Source of the DNA: Bacteroidales bacterium
GTDB lineage: Bacteria > Bacteroidota > Bacteroidia > Bacteroidales > VadinHA17
NCBI GenBank assembly: GCA_027451265.1
Contig: DAIDJT010000001.1
Coordinates: 1-38,054, forward strand
DNA length: 38,054 bases
Direction: 5' to 3'
This document shows, one piece after another, positions 17,891 through 27,424 of this stretch. The translations under genes were made by a program, and so were the position numbers. Numbering within the stretch: position 1 is the stretch's first letter; the number at the start of each line of letters is the position of its first letter. Under the pieces are notes generated by a model that worked only from the letters and a program-made list of their open reading frames with translations, ran no database searches and was not told where the DNA came from.

Positions 17891-17934
17891 ATGCAAAAAG
17901 CGACAGATCAGAGACCTGCCGCTTTTTTTGCATG
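17891..17934. terminator. Bidirectional rho-independent terminator between the convergent guanylyltransferase and gldN genes
   Basis: The sequence is ATGCAAAAAGCGACAG-ATCAGAGAC-CTGCCGCTTTTTTTGCAT. It forms a stem of about 12-16 bp with one mismatch and a 2-T bulge, and a 9-nt loop. An A-run and a T-run flank the stem, so a U-tract follows the hairpin on either strand. Confidence 0.6.
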
Positions 17935-17950
17935 GATGCAGATAATCTGC

Positions 17951-18805
17951 CTAGTATTCCCAGAGATCCTGTTCAAAATTGAAAATCTCGTTCTTGATCC
18001 TTTCGGCTTCGAAGATCTGTGAGGGGCCCATCTTGTACTGGTTGATTGACCTGTCATCATAGACGTTTGATTCGGCAACGATGTACCCGTTGAACCTGCG
18101 TTGAAGCATCAGGTCCTCAAAGGAGATTCGCTGGGCATCATTGAATGAGTTGAATGCCTCACTCTGTGCCAGGGCCTGTCTTACATCCTCATACCTGACC
18201 CAGAAGAGGCGTCTCTTGACAAGCCTGGAGGTGATGGGGTCATAGCCCATAAAGATGGGGCATATCCCGATGATCCGGACGTCAAGACGCGAATGTTTCT
18301 TGTCAAAGAACCATTCCTCAAGAATCATGAGCTGCTTGATGTCTGCCGGGTTTTCCATGTTTGTCACGGTTGAGTCATGCTCAAAGCCGTCAGCGCCAAC
18401 AACAGCTATTGTGATTGTATCGCGGTTCATCTTTGCCGCAATGTCATTGTACGTAGTGGCTACGGTCATGGCGTCACCATCTGTGGCAGGAACCCTTCCC
18501 GAAAGGATCTCGTTGAGGAGAATGCCCGAGAAGTTCATCCTTCCGTCTGACATCTCCGATGTGAATAGGTTCTTAGCCGCATCGTATTTAAGTGACGGAT
18601 AGTAGAGGTTCAGGTTCATCTTTTCCCTCAGGTCGATAATCCGGTATAGTCTTTTTGACCAGATCACATCTGACTCATTCAGATAGGTGTAATTAACCTT
18701 CTGGTTATCGGGCATCTGCTTTTTGTAGATGTCGCCGAACGACTGGGCCATTGCGCCTGTACAGATCAGGAGGCCTGCGAGGCCTGCCAGAATTGTCCTG
18801 TTCAT
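17951..18805 (-). CDS. gldN: Gliding motility / T9SS protein GldN (PorN)
   Basis: It has a signal peptide, and its size (284 aa) and its position immediately downstream of gldM fit GldN. The sequence is consistent with the GldN family (WSKRLYRIIDLREKMN...). Confidence 0.85.
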   Translation of the reverse strand: MNRTILAGLAGLLICTGAMAQSFGDIYKKQMPDNQKVNYTYLNESDVIWSKRLYRIIDLREKMNLNLYYPSLKYDAAKNLFTSEMSDGRMNFSGILLNEILSGRVPATDGDAMTVATTYNDIAAKMNRDTITIAVVGADGFEHDSTVTNMENPADIKQLMILEEWFFDKKHSRLDVRIIGICPIFMGYDPITSRLVKRRLFWVRYEDVRQALAQSEAFNSFNDAQRISFEDLMLQRRFNGYIVAESNVYDDRSINQYKMGPSQIFEAERIKNEIFNFEQDLWEY

Positions 18806-18823
18806 GGTTTGTATCTTCTGTTA

Positions 18824-20467
18824 TTAGTTAATCTTAAGAATGATCGGGTTGAGGTCCCTTGTTTTGCCGTCGGGGCCAACAGCCTTGATCTTTTCAATTA
18901 TAAGTTTCTGTCCGGCACGCAGGCCGCCAATAAGGCTTTTCTGCTTGTCGGTAAGCCTGTTGTTGTTTGATTCAGCGGTGATTTCATAGCCTTTGTCATT
19001 GACAGAGACCGTAAAGCCTGTAACCGTATAGGTAAGGTCGAACTCGAAGTTCTCAAGCACTGCGGTAACCACCTGCTGTGCGGCGGCCACGCTCTTGAGG
19101 ATGTTTCCTTCCTTCATGTTGGCAAACCGTGCCTCGGGGTCAGGCAGTCTCCTGACTCTGAACTCCACTGCCGGGAAGGTCTGCACCTTGCCGTCTATAT
19201 TGGCTGACACGATGATCTCAGCATTCTGACCCACGGTACGGGGCTGTGCCACGTATTCACCACGGTAATCCTTGTATTTTCCCTTTTTGATGTCACCGTT
19301 GGTCATGCGGACGGTAAGCTTGTCTGATCCCACACCCGGGACTGAAATGTCAAGGGGGTTCTGTATCCCCTGGTAGAGGACGTTCATTGCGGTGGGTGAG
19401 ACAACCACGTTGGGTGTGCCCACGGAGTATTTCTGATCAAACTTGTATGTCCTTACGGTGCCGTCCGGAGCCTTCATCCTGATAACACCGCCCCATGATT
19501 TTTCACCTACTGAACCGGCTCTCACGCTGTATACTCCGCGTCCTGATTCATCGATAGGAAGTTGAGTTGCCTGGCTGGTGGGTTCGTACAGGGGGGTTCC
19601 GTCAGGATTGGTTTTCGTTGTATACGGGCCTACGAAAATCTCCAGGTCCTGGGTAGTGTCGGTAGCGGCCACGAAAACACGTGCATCGTACGTATTGCCC
19701 TGCATTACGTATGAAGTGTTGGTTGTGACAGTCGGGACGATATAGTTGAACCTGAATGCACCGGCGTCAATCTGGGTGTAAAGGAAGTTGAGCACATCGG
19801 TCTCGGCGTTGCGGACGTCAACCTGCATCTTTGAAAGGATGGTGATCACTGCCACAAGAGGCATGGTCTGGAAGTTGGCATTTACCCAGTTTTCAGTACC
19901 GGTTTTTTCAAGGTTCTCCGGATCGTCAGTATTGAGAATATCAAGTATTGACTGTTCAGCAGAGGCATCTTTGCCCTCGAGGGTTTCCACAAGGTATTCC
20001 CTGTAGTCTTCCAGCAGGGCCTTCAGATCATTGCCCTTTCCTGCCTGGTTTGCTCCGATAAGTATTTCCGAAGGGATATTGTTTTCGTCTATCTTTTTTA
20101 CCTTGGTGACATCAATCTGGTTGTCGGGAAGGAGTGCTTCTGATTCCGGGCCCTCGGCTGTTGTAATGATCTCAACCTTAAGATCCTGAATGTAATTAAA
20201 AACTTCATCGGCTCTTGCCTTGACCTCATATGCCTTGGTTTTCCAGGTTCCCGCCTTCTCGGGATTCTCTGCCGCGGCAGCATCAAAAGCTGCATAGGTT
20301 ATATCATTCTTTTTGATATAGTTCGCGGTGGTCTTCGTCAGGCTCAGGTCAACCTTCTTGAAAGCCTCGACTGCCTCCTTTGAAACGTTAAGCGCAAGCA
20401 TTGCTGTCAGGATGAGGTACATCATCCCGATCATCTTTTGCCGCGGGGTCTCTTTTCCCTTAGCCAT
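18824..20467 (-). CDS. gldM: Gliding motility / T9SS protein GldM (PorM)
   Basis: The N-terminus is diagnostic: MAKGKETPRQKMIGMMYLILTAMLALNVSKE, compared with the family pattern SPRQKMINLMYLVLTAMLALNVS. A single TM helix is followed by a long periplasmic region. Confidence 0.92.
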   Translation of the reverse strand: MAKGKETPRQKMIGMMYLILTAMLALNVSKEAVEAFKKVDLSLTKTTANYIKKNDITYAAFDAAAAENPEKAGTWKTKAYEVKARADEVFNYIQDLKVEIITTAEGPESEALLPDNQIDVTKVKKIDENNIPSEILIGANQAGKGNDLKALLEDYREYLVETLEGKDASAEQSILDILNTDDPENLEKTGTENWVNANFQTMPLVAVITILSKMQVDVRNAETDVLNFLYTQIDAGAFRFNYIVPTVTTNTSYVMQGNTYDARVFVAATDTTQDLEIFVGPYTTKTNPDGTPLYEPTSQATQLPIDESGRGVYSVRAGSVGEKSWGGVIRMKAPDGTVRTYKFDQKYSVGTPNVVVSPTAMNVLYQGIQNPLDISVPGVGSDKLTVRMTNGDIKKGKYKDYRGEYVAQPRTVGQNAEIIVSANIDGKVQTFPAVEFRVRRLPDPEARFANMKEGNILKSVAAAQQVVTAVLENFEFDLTYTVTGFTVSVNDKGYEITAESNNNRLTDKQKSLIGGLRAGQKLIIEKIKAVGPDGKTRDLNPIILKIN

Positions 20468-20512
20468 TTGCTGTTAGTTTAAATGTTAGCTTATTAGTTG
20501 ACGATCTCAATA

Positions 20513-21373
20513 TTACTTCACGTTCATGGCAGCAAGCATGTTGCCATAGACATTATTGAGCGAGCTGAGGTTCTCATTCAGTTTGGCCACCTGTTCACGG
20601 TATTTCTTCGTGTCATCGGCTGAGCCGGTAAGGTCTTTCATCAGGCCTTCCATTCCCTTGTAGATCGTTTCAGCACTCTTCACGTGATCATTGGTGCCGC
20701 GCAGCTGCAGTTCATATGCTGCATTGAGAGCTGAAAGGTTCTTGTTGAGAGCCTCAAGCTTCTCATGGTATGATTTACCGCCTGTCTCGATGGTCTTTGA
20801 TGACTCGCCGATAGCCTGGTATACGTTGCTGGTGTCAGTCATTGACCTTGCGGTCTGCCTTACTGACTCGGAGAGGTTCATCAGTGAGTCATTGGCCTTT
20901 TTGATTGTGCTGGCATACTCATTGGTTGTGGCTGCCAGGTCACCCATGGCGTTGAAGTTCTTTGTAGTTTCGGTGAGCTTCTTCAGGCCCTGGCTGAGGC
21001 TGTCAAACACAGCAGGTGTGATTCCTGCATCGGCAAGCATCTTGTCGAACTGTGAGAGTCCGGCACCGCCGCCATAGCCACCGCCACCGCCGCCACCGCC
21101 GATAGCTGCGAAACCAACCTCTTCACCTGAATAGTTGGGATCAAGCTGCGGGTAAACGAGTTTCCAGTCCGGTTCTTCCTTCAACGGCTCGAATGCCGAA
21201 AAGAAGAAGATGATTGCTTCTGTGATAAGACCCACAGAAAGGAGCAAGCCTGCGTAGGGATAGTGCTGAATCTTAAAGAGAGCACCGATAATTACGACTG
21301 AGGCACCCCAGCCGTAAAGTTTGGACATGAATGCTTTCCATTTACTGGTATGAACAAGTTCCGAGAGGCCCAT
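20513..21373 (-). CDS. gldL: Gliding motility / T9SS protein GldL (PorL)
   Basis: Two N-terminal TM helices are present, including the conserved Glu (YGWGASVVIIGALFKIQHYPYAG...GLITEAIIFFFSAFE). A coiled-coil-like cytoplasmic domain follows. Confidence 0.9.
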   Translation of the reverse strand: MGLSELVHTSKWKAFMSKLYGWGASVVIIGALFKIQHYPYAGLLLSVGLITEAIIFFFSAFEPLKEEPDWKLVYPQLDPNYSGEEVGFAAIGGGGGGGGYGGGAGLSQFDKMLADAGITPAVFDSLSQGLKKLTETTKNFNAMGDLAATTNEYASTIKKANDSLMNLSESVRQTARSMTDTSNVYQAIGESSKTIETGGKSYHEKLEALNKNLSALNAAYELQLRGTNDHVKSAETIYKGMEGLMKDLTGSADDTKKYREQVAKLNENLSSLNNVYGNMLAAMNVK

Positions 21374-21400
21374 ATATTTACGTTTTTAAGGTTTACGGTA

Positions 21401-22735
21401 TTAGTTATTTACTCCGATATAAGTTCTCACATTGCGGAATCCGACAAATGACTTGGTTGAGTCCTGGTATTCGTAATCCCTTGTTGATGTCTGAAGGAAC
21501 AGAGCAATATCCTTCCATGAGCCGCCCCTGATGACTTTGCGCTTGAGCACGGGAGGATCTTCCGGGCGGGCGTTGTATTCATAGTCGGGGTTGAGGTCAT
21601 GGGTAAAGACATATGATGAGGGATGGTATGCGTTTGAGGTCCATTCGGCCACGTTGCCGGCCATATCAAACAGTCCGTATTCGTTTGGTTCGAAGGAAGC
21701 CACTTTTATTGTATAAACGGCTCCGTCATCGATGTAGTTTCCGCGCAGGGGTTTGAAGTTGGCCAGGAAACAGCCCTGGTAGTTGCGTGTGTAGGGGCCG
21801 CCCCAGGGGTACATCGAGAGGTCAAGGCCGCCGCGTGCTGCATATTCCCATTCGGTCTCCAGCGGGAGCCGGTAGTTGTGAACGTCAGCAATACCCTGTG
21901 CGCGCAGGTGCTCATTCATGAAGTTGGTACGCCACACGCTGAATGCGCGTGCCTGTACCCATGAGACTCCCACTACGGGATAGTCATCATACCCCGGGTG
22001 CCAGAAATAAAGTGTGGCCCACGGTTCATTGAATGAATAGGTGAAGTCCCTTATCCATGCAAGCGTATCAGGGTAGATATTCACCACATGATGCATGATG
22101 AATGAAGAACGGTCTTTCACCTCGGTGGTGTTGCCGTCGAGGTCGGTAACGGTACCTTCGTACTTCTGATCCTTGTAGTTGTACCTGGCCTTGGCTGCCT
22201 GCTTGTAATCAACCCAGAAATATGAGTAGTTCAGGAGCCGGGTGTCCCACTGCTTGTTCCCGTTGAATCTCTCTTCGGGAGGATAGTACATGGTCTCTGC
22301 CACTGCCTGGACGTTTTCGTCTTCCCAGTCTATCTCTTCATCCCAGTTAAGAATGTTGGGCTCCAGTACATTTCCTTCATCATCAGTCCTGAAGAATTCA
22401 TAACCCTCTATGCCTTCCTCTCCCAGTTTTGTCCTGAGGATGGAGTCACGCACCCAGTAGGTGAACTGACGGTATTTATTATTGGTGATCTCTGTCTGGT
22501 CCATCCAGAATGCTTCAACTGTAACTGTCTTTGAGAGGCTGTTCATTGCGCGCAGGGGGTCCTGGTCACTTGGTCCCTGTACAAAGGAACCGGCCGGGAT
22601 GAATGCCATTTCAAACGGCTCCGGCTCATAGAACTTCTTCCTTCCCTGAACGCCTGTCAACTCGCCTGATTCGTAAGAGCCACAGCTGCTTAAAATCAAG
22701 ATCAACGCAAGAGCTAAAAGGGTTACCTTTTTCAT
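21401..22735 (-). CDS. gldK: Gliding motility / T9SS lipoprotein GldK (PorK), FGE-sulfatase fold
   Basis: The lipobox is LILSSCG. The SGELTGV and FIPAGSF motifs are present. The FGE/SUMF1-type C-terminal motifs are also present (GNVAEWT, RGGSWKD). Confidence 0.92.
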   Translation of the reverse strand: MKKVTLLALALILILSSCGSYESGELTGVQGRKKFYEPEPFEMAFIPAGSFVQGPSDQDPLRAMNSLSKTVTVEAFWMDQTEITNNKYRQFTYWVRDSILRTKLGEEGIEGYEFFRTDDEGNVLEPNILNWDEEIDWEDENVQAVAETMYYPPEERFNGNKQWDTRLLNYSYFWVDYKQAAKARYNYKDQKYEGTVTDLDGNTTEVKDRSSFIMHHVVNIYPDTLAWIRDFTYSFNEPWATLYFWHPGYDDYPVVGVSWVQARAFSVWRTNFMNEHLRAQGIADVHNYRLPLETEWEYAARGGLDLSMYPWGGPYTRNYQGCFLANFKPLRGNYIDDGAVYTIKVASFEPNEYGLFDMAGNVAEWTSNAYHPSSYVFTHDLNPDYEYNARPEDPPVLKRKVIRGGSWKDIALFLQTSTRDYEYQDSTKSFVGFRNVRTYIGVNN

Positions 22736-22782
22736 ATACTCATTAATTTAAATATGCAAGTAATTTTATTTTTTCCTGTCCT

Positions 22783-23727
22783 CTAAAGGAAACGGATACT
22801 CTTGTATCTGGTAACGCTTTTCCCGAGACCAAGGTCGAAGCTGTAAGAAACCATGAACTCATGTGAGCCGCTGGTTCCTTTTCTGATCTCCGATACCGGG
22901 AAGTCATATCCATATCCAATCTTTAGACCGTTATACAATTCTATGCCTGCGAATCCTGTGATTGCGTCACTTATCCTGTAAGAAACGCCACCCCATATCT
23001 TTTTATTGTATCTAACCATACCTGTGGCTAAATATTGTGTTGTGGCGCCGTCATTTACTATAAATACCGAGGGGACGAGCTCAAAGGCAGGGTTTGGAAG
23101 CTGGAAGTAGTAACCGGCGGTGAGATAGTATTGCCGGCTGACATAAGTAGCTGTCTCCGAATATTTTATTTTAGGCTGGTTGAGGTGTGTGACTGAGATG
23201 CCGGCATAGTAATTGACTCCCTGGTAATATACTCCGGCGGAAAAATCAAGTGCCAGAAATGATTCATCATTTTCCGGTATCAGGGGGTCACCTGTCGGAG
23301 GTGTGTGCCCCGGGCCGGAGGGGATGAACCATTCCGGTGATACTGTCTTGTTGAGAACCCCGGCGCTGAAGCCGGCTCCGAGGGTACCGGTACCGAGCGA
23401 AAAGTGCCCGGCATATGAAAGACTGATGTCAATGTCATTGCTGAATCCGTACTTGTCTGACTCAACAAGGAGGCCGGCTCCGCTGCGCAGCCCGAAGAGG
23501 CTGAACGGAGCGCTGACGTTGAAGAGCATTGTGGAGGGTGCTCCGGGAAATCCCACCCATTGCTGCCGGGTAAGGGCTGAGGCCGTGATCATCCCCGTCA
23601 TGCCCGAATATCCCGGATTAAAGGTCTGGGTATTGAACATGTAGTGGCTGAACACCGGGTCCTGCTGGCCGGAGACGATGCCTGCCGGGAGTAATAATGC
23701 GAGGATGAATATCCAGATTTTCTTCAT
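22783..23727 (-). CDS. porP: PorP/SprF-family T9SS outer-membrane protein
   Basis: From the internal Met the signal peptide is MKKIWIFILALLLPAGIVSGQ. It is followed by the family signature QDPVFSHYMFNTQTFNPGYSG...RQQWVGFPGAP. The track ORF is over-extended by 20 codons. Confidence 0.88.
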   Translation of the reverse strand: MKKIWIFILALLLPAGIVSGQQDPVFSHYMFNTQTFNPGYSGMTGMITASALTRQQWVGFPGAPSTMLFNVSAPFSLFGLRSGAGLLVESDKYGFSNDIDISLSYAGHFSLGTGTLGAGFSAGVLNKTVSPEWFIPSGPGHTPPTGDPLIPENDESFLALDFSAGVYYQGVNYYAGISVTHLNQPKIKYSETATYVSRQYYLTAGYYFQLPNPAFELVPSVFIVNDGATTQYLATGMVRYNKKIWGGVSYRISDAITGFAGIELYNGLKIGYGYDFPVSEIRKGTSGSHEFMVSYSFDLGLGKSVTRYKSIRFL

Positions 23728-23809
23728 TTCAGGGAGTGCCTGTAAGCCCTTACATATAACGGGTAAAATAAATAAAAAAATATACATGCCACAAAATTGA
23801 GGCCAAAAA

Positions 23810-24979
23810 TCAATGGCCGTATCTGAGCAGTCCGCGCGTCCACCTCACGGGAACCTGGTCACGGTTGGCCATGAGATAGTCTTCGTAGGAACAGGCAATA
23901 TACTGTGGCTCGCCGGCAGAATTGCGTATCTCCATCCACCACCGGTCAGTGATCATGCTCTTGATGAAGATGGCTTCACTCTCCAGGTCACTGAGTGTTA
24001 CGTGATAGCGGGTAAACCTGGAGTTTGACTGGTCACTGAGGAATGAAACCTCATACTGTTTCTGTGAAAAGCCTTCGAGGAAGAACCAGATAAGCTGAGC
24101 TGCCAGGTCAGAGGTCTGCATTCTGTTGTCAAGGGCCGGATTAACCTCAGTAACGGAGAAGATCTTCAGGTTGTCAGAGAGGCCGGCATACCTGGCAAGA
24201 AGACAGATCTCCTCGCCGTAGAAGCCGTTGACTGACGGGAGGAATGTGCCCGGGGCATCTGACTGCCTTACAGAGCCGATGTCAAACAATGCGGCAGCAG
24301 CGTCACGGAAGAGGGGTTCGGTCTCATGAACAGCCGAGCGTACTTCGCCGATGCGCATCATGTCATAATGCCGGCGGTTGAACCTGTTCACCACCTGCTG
24401 GTCAGTGAGGTATGTCTGGTGACCTATGGCTGACAGGTGGGAGAGGCAACTACCGCTGCGGTAGATGAGGTCATTCATCCAGTTGAGCGAGTCAGGCGAC
24501 CGCTTCTCCGGGGTGAAGTCTATACGTGAATCAACCGACACCAGTGACCATTTTTGCTTCCCTGCCGAGAGAGCCCTGTCAATTGCCGGCATCAGGGCGC
24601 TGGTGCCCCCGATTACCACCGGCACGATATCCTGTGAAAGGAGTTGAATAAGCACGTCGCGAAGGCCTGCTATCGTGTCATCAAATGACGCTCCGGGCCT
24701 GAAGTTTCCCAGGTCAGTGACCTTCAGCCTTCCCGGCAGCCTTGAGAAGGAGTAGAGGCTTTTCCTGACAGCATCAGGAGCCTGTGCAGCTCCTGAATTA
24801 ATTGACGAACGGTCATCAGGCACCCCTATGAGTGCCACGGCAAAACCGCCGAGATCACCTATGGGCTCATTGCCGGTATTGACCATCACGTTGTGCGGAA
24901 AGGCCGCAGATCCTTTAAGCGGCTCCACCCCGGGTTTGTCGAGGCAGACGGGATCAATATACTGGTTCAGGTCAATCAT
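23810..24979 (-). CDS. Arginase / formiminoglutamase-fold protein with degenerate metal-binding motifs and a C-terminal extension of about 90 aa
   Basis: Family-typical segments are present: ALIGVPDDRSSINSGAAQAPDAVRKSLY and FSVTEVNPALD. The canonical ligand motifs are altered: GGDH becomes GGTS (124-127), DAHxD becomes DSRID (150-154), and DxD becomes DIG (233-235). Confidence 0.8.
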   Translation of the reverse strand: MIDLNQYIDPVCLDKPGVEPLKGSAAFPHNVMVNTGNEPIGDLGGFAVALIGVPDDRSSINSGAAQAPDAVRKSLYSFSRLPGRLKVTDLGNFRPGASFDDTIAGLRDVLIQLLSQDIVPVVIGGTSALMPAIDRALSAGKQKWSLVSVDSRIDFTPEKRSPDSLNWMNDLIYRSGSCLSHLSAIGHQTYLTDQQVVNRFNRRHYDMMRIGEVRSAVHETEPLFRDAAAALFDIGSVRQSDAPGTFLPSVNGFYGEEICLLARYAGLSDNLKIFSVTEVNPALDNRMQTSDLAAQLIWFFLEGFSQKQYEVSFLSDQSNSRFTRYHVTLSDLESEAIFIKSMITDRWWMEIRNSAGEPQYIACSYEDYLMANRDQVPVRWTRGLLRYGH

Positions 24980-24994
24980 ACATATTATATATGG

Positions 24995-27313
24995 TCACTT
25001 CTTCCTTTTTCCACGGGTACTTTTTGTCTTGCTCCCTTTCTCGATTATTGCAAGGCACTCTTCCCTGGTAAGCTTTTGCGGATCGGTTCCCTTCGGAATG
25101 CGATAGTTGGTCTTGTCATGCATTATGTAGGGACCATATCTGCCGTTGAGCACCATTATATCACCCAGCTCGCTGATCACCTTCTGCTTGTCACCTTCTC
25201 TCTTCTCCCTGATCAGCTCAGAGGCTCTCTCCGCCGTGATTGTATACGGATCATCAACGCCTCTCTTCAGTGAGTAGAATTTGCCGGCGTGTTTGACATA
25301 CGGTCCGAACTTCCCCACCCCGACGGTCATTTCGCTTTCCTCGAAGGTTCCCACTGTGCGCGGCAGCGCGAAGAGGGCGAGGGCCTCCTCAAGCGTTATT
25401 GTCTCAAGGAGCTGGTCACGCCTCAGGTTGGCAAACCTGGGTTTTTTGTCCTCTGAGGCCTCGCCCAGTTGCACAACGGGCCCGAAACGGCTCATCTTCA
25501 CTGCCACCGGCAGGCCCGTTGCCGGGTCTGTCCCCAGCTGCCGCGCCCCCGTCATCCGTGCCCGTGTTGAAAGCGAGTCATCAACAGTCTTCCGGAACGG
25601 TCCGTAGAAGGTGGAGATCATCTTGTCCCATTTCATCTCGCCGGCAGCAATCTCGTCAAACTCCTTCTCTACGCCTGCAGTGAAATTGTAGTCAAGTATG
25701 TCAGGGAAATTGGCAATCAGAAAGTCGTTCACTATCATGCCTATATCCTTCGGGAAGAGCTTGGCCTTTTCCTTGCCGGCAATCTCAGTCTTATCGCTCC
25801 TTGTTATCCTGCCATTTGTGAGGGTCAGCTGTGCCAGGTTGCGTTTCTCCCCGGGCCTGTCCTCGCGGGCCACATAACCACGTGACTGTATTGTTGATAT
25901 AATGGGGGCGTAGGTGGAGGGTCTTCCGATACCCAGTTCCTCAAGCTTCTTCACCAGGCTTGCCTCGGTGTAGCGAGGCGGGGGAGAAGTAAAGCGCTGC
26001 AGTGCGGTGATGGTTCCGGGCGTAAGACCCATCCCCTTGTCGACACGCGGGAGAATGGCCTTTTCGTCCTCGGTATTGTTGCTGTCATATGATTCGGTGT
26101 AAACCTTCAGGAAACCGTCAAAGAGGACGACCTCCCCGGTGGCTGTAAAGTTGACAGGGGAGGCTGACATGCCAATTGTGATTGTGGTCTTTTCAACCCT
26201 GGCATCAGCCATCTGTGAGGCTATCGCCCTGCGCCAGATAAGCTCGTACAGTTTCTTTTCATTGTTGGTGCCGGTGGTATCCTTCCTGTCAAAATAGGTT
26301 GGCCTGATGGCTTCATGTGCCTCCTGTGCGCCGCGGGAATGGGTTTTAAACTGCCGGGTGCGCGAGTATTCCGGGCCATATTCACCGGTGATAACATCCC
26401 GGGCGGTGTTCAGCGCCAGAGAGGAGAGATTTGTCGAGTCAGTCCTCATATATGTAATCTTTCCTGCCTCATACAGCTTTTGTGCCACTGACATCGTCTG
26501 TGCCACCGAGAAGCCAAGCTTGCGGTAGGCCTCCTGCTGCAGGGTGGAGGTGGTGAATGGTGGCGCCGGTGACCGGGTGCCGGGCTTAACCACAATATTT
26601 TCAACTGTAAAGGAAGAATCACTGCACTTCTCAAGGAATTGCCTGGCTTCAGGCTCGGTGCTGAATTTTTTCGGGCATTCAGCTTTAAGAAGCACTTCGG
26701 TTCCTTCGCTGTTCCTGCCGCTGAATGAGCCGGTAACCCTGAAGGCGGAGTCAGCAGTGAAGCTGATTATCTCGCGTTCGCGGTCAACAAGCAGGCGGAC
26801 GGCCACCGACTGCACACGGCCTGCCGAAAGTGAGGGCTGCACCTTCTTCCACAGCACCGGTGAGAGCTCAAAACCTACAAGCCTGTCGAGGATCCTGCGG
26901 GCCTGCTGTGCATTGACAAGGTTCATGTCTACCTGGCGCGGTGATTCCACCGCATGGGTGATGGCATCCTTCGTTATCTCATGAAACACAATGCGGCGCG
27001 TGGTTTCCGGGTCAAGCCCGAGGACGGATATAAGGTGCCATGCAATTGCCTCCCCCTCACGGTCCTCATCGGAAGCAATCCATACAGTCTTAACCTGGCC
27101 CGCAAGCTTCCGGAGCTCTGCCACAACCTTCTTTTTGTCCTCAGGTATCTCATAAACCGGGGCAAATCCTTTGTCAACTTCCACACCCAGGTTGTTCCTC
27201 ACGAGATCACGAATGTGCCCGAAGCTTGAAACAACGGTATAATCCTTTCCGAGAAATTTTTCTATCGTTTTTGCTTTGGCAGGAGATTCAACTATTACCA
27301 GATTATCAGTCAT
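24995..27313 (-). CDS. topA: DNA topoisomerase I (type IA)
   Basis: The Toprim start is LVIVESPAKAKTIEKFLGKDY. The active-site region is ITYMRTDS. The C-terminal repeats end in a Lys-rich tail. Confidence 0.95.
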   Translation of the reverse strand: MTDNLVIVESPAKAKTIEKFLGKDYTVVSSFGHIRDLVRNNLGVEVDKGFAPVYEIPEDKKKVVAELRKLAGQVKTVWIASDEDREGEAIAWHLISVLGLDPETTRRIVFHEITKDAITHAVESPRQVDMNLVNAQQARRILDRLVGFELSPVLWKKVQPSLSAGRVQSVAVRLLVDREREIISFTADSAFRVTGSFSGRNSEGTEVLLKAECPKKFSTEPEARQFLEKCSDSSFTVENIVVKPGTRSPAPPFTTSTLQQEAYRKLGFSVAQTMSVAQKLYEAGKITYMRTDSTNLSSLALNTARDVITGEYGPEYSRTRQFKTHSRGAQEAHEAIRPTYFDRKDTTGTNNEKKLYELIWRRAIASQMADARVEKTTITIGMSASPVNFTATGEVVLFDGFLKVYTESYDSNNTEDEKAILPRVDKGMGLTPGTITALQRFTSPPPRYTEASLVKKLEELGIGRPSTYAPIISTIQSRGYVAREDRPGEKRNLAQLTLTNGRITRSDKTEIAGKEKAKLFPKDIGMIVNDFLIANFPDILDYNFTAGVEKEFDEIAAGEMKWDKMISTFYGPFRKTVDDSLSTRARMTGARQLGTDPATGLPVAVKMSRFGPVVQLGEASEDKKPRFANLRRDQLLETITLEEALALFALPRTVGTFEESEMTVGVGKFGPYVKHAGKFYSLKRGVDDPYTITAERASELIREKREGDKQKVISELGDIMVLNGRYGPYIMHDKTNYRIPKGTDPQKLTREECLAIIEKGSKTKSTRGKRKK

Positions 27314-27424
27314 CCGAGTTTTTTTAAAAACAGGGCAAAGTAAATGAATAAGGGCGCCAACTTCAAAATTTTGAGAAAAATTCTGTATTAATCATTAAAT
27401 TAGCGGCCTTATAATGAGGTTATC

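Noticed and set aside
27314-27424. Promoter boxes for the divergent topA and PBP1a genes.
   Set aside because: There is only a one-mismatch match (TTACTTTG, minus strand) for topA. For PBP1a there is an E. coli-like TATAAT but no TAnnTTTG. Neither is strong enough to annotate.
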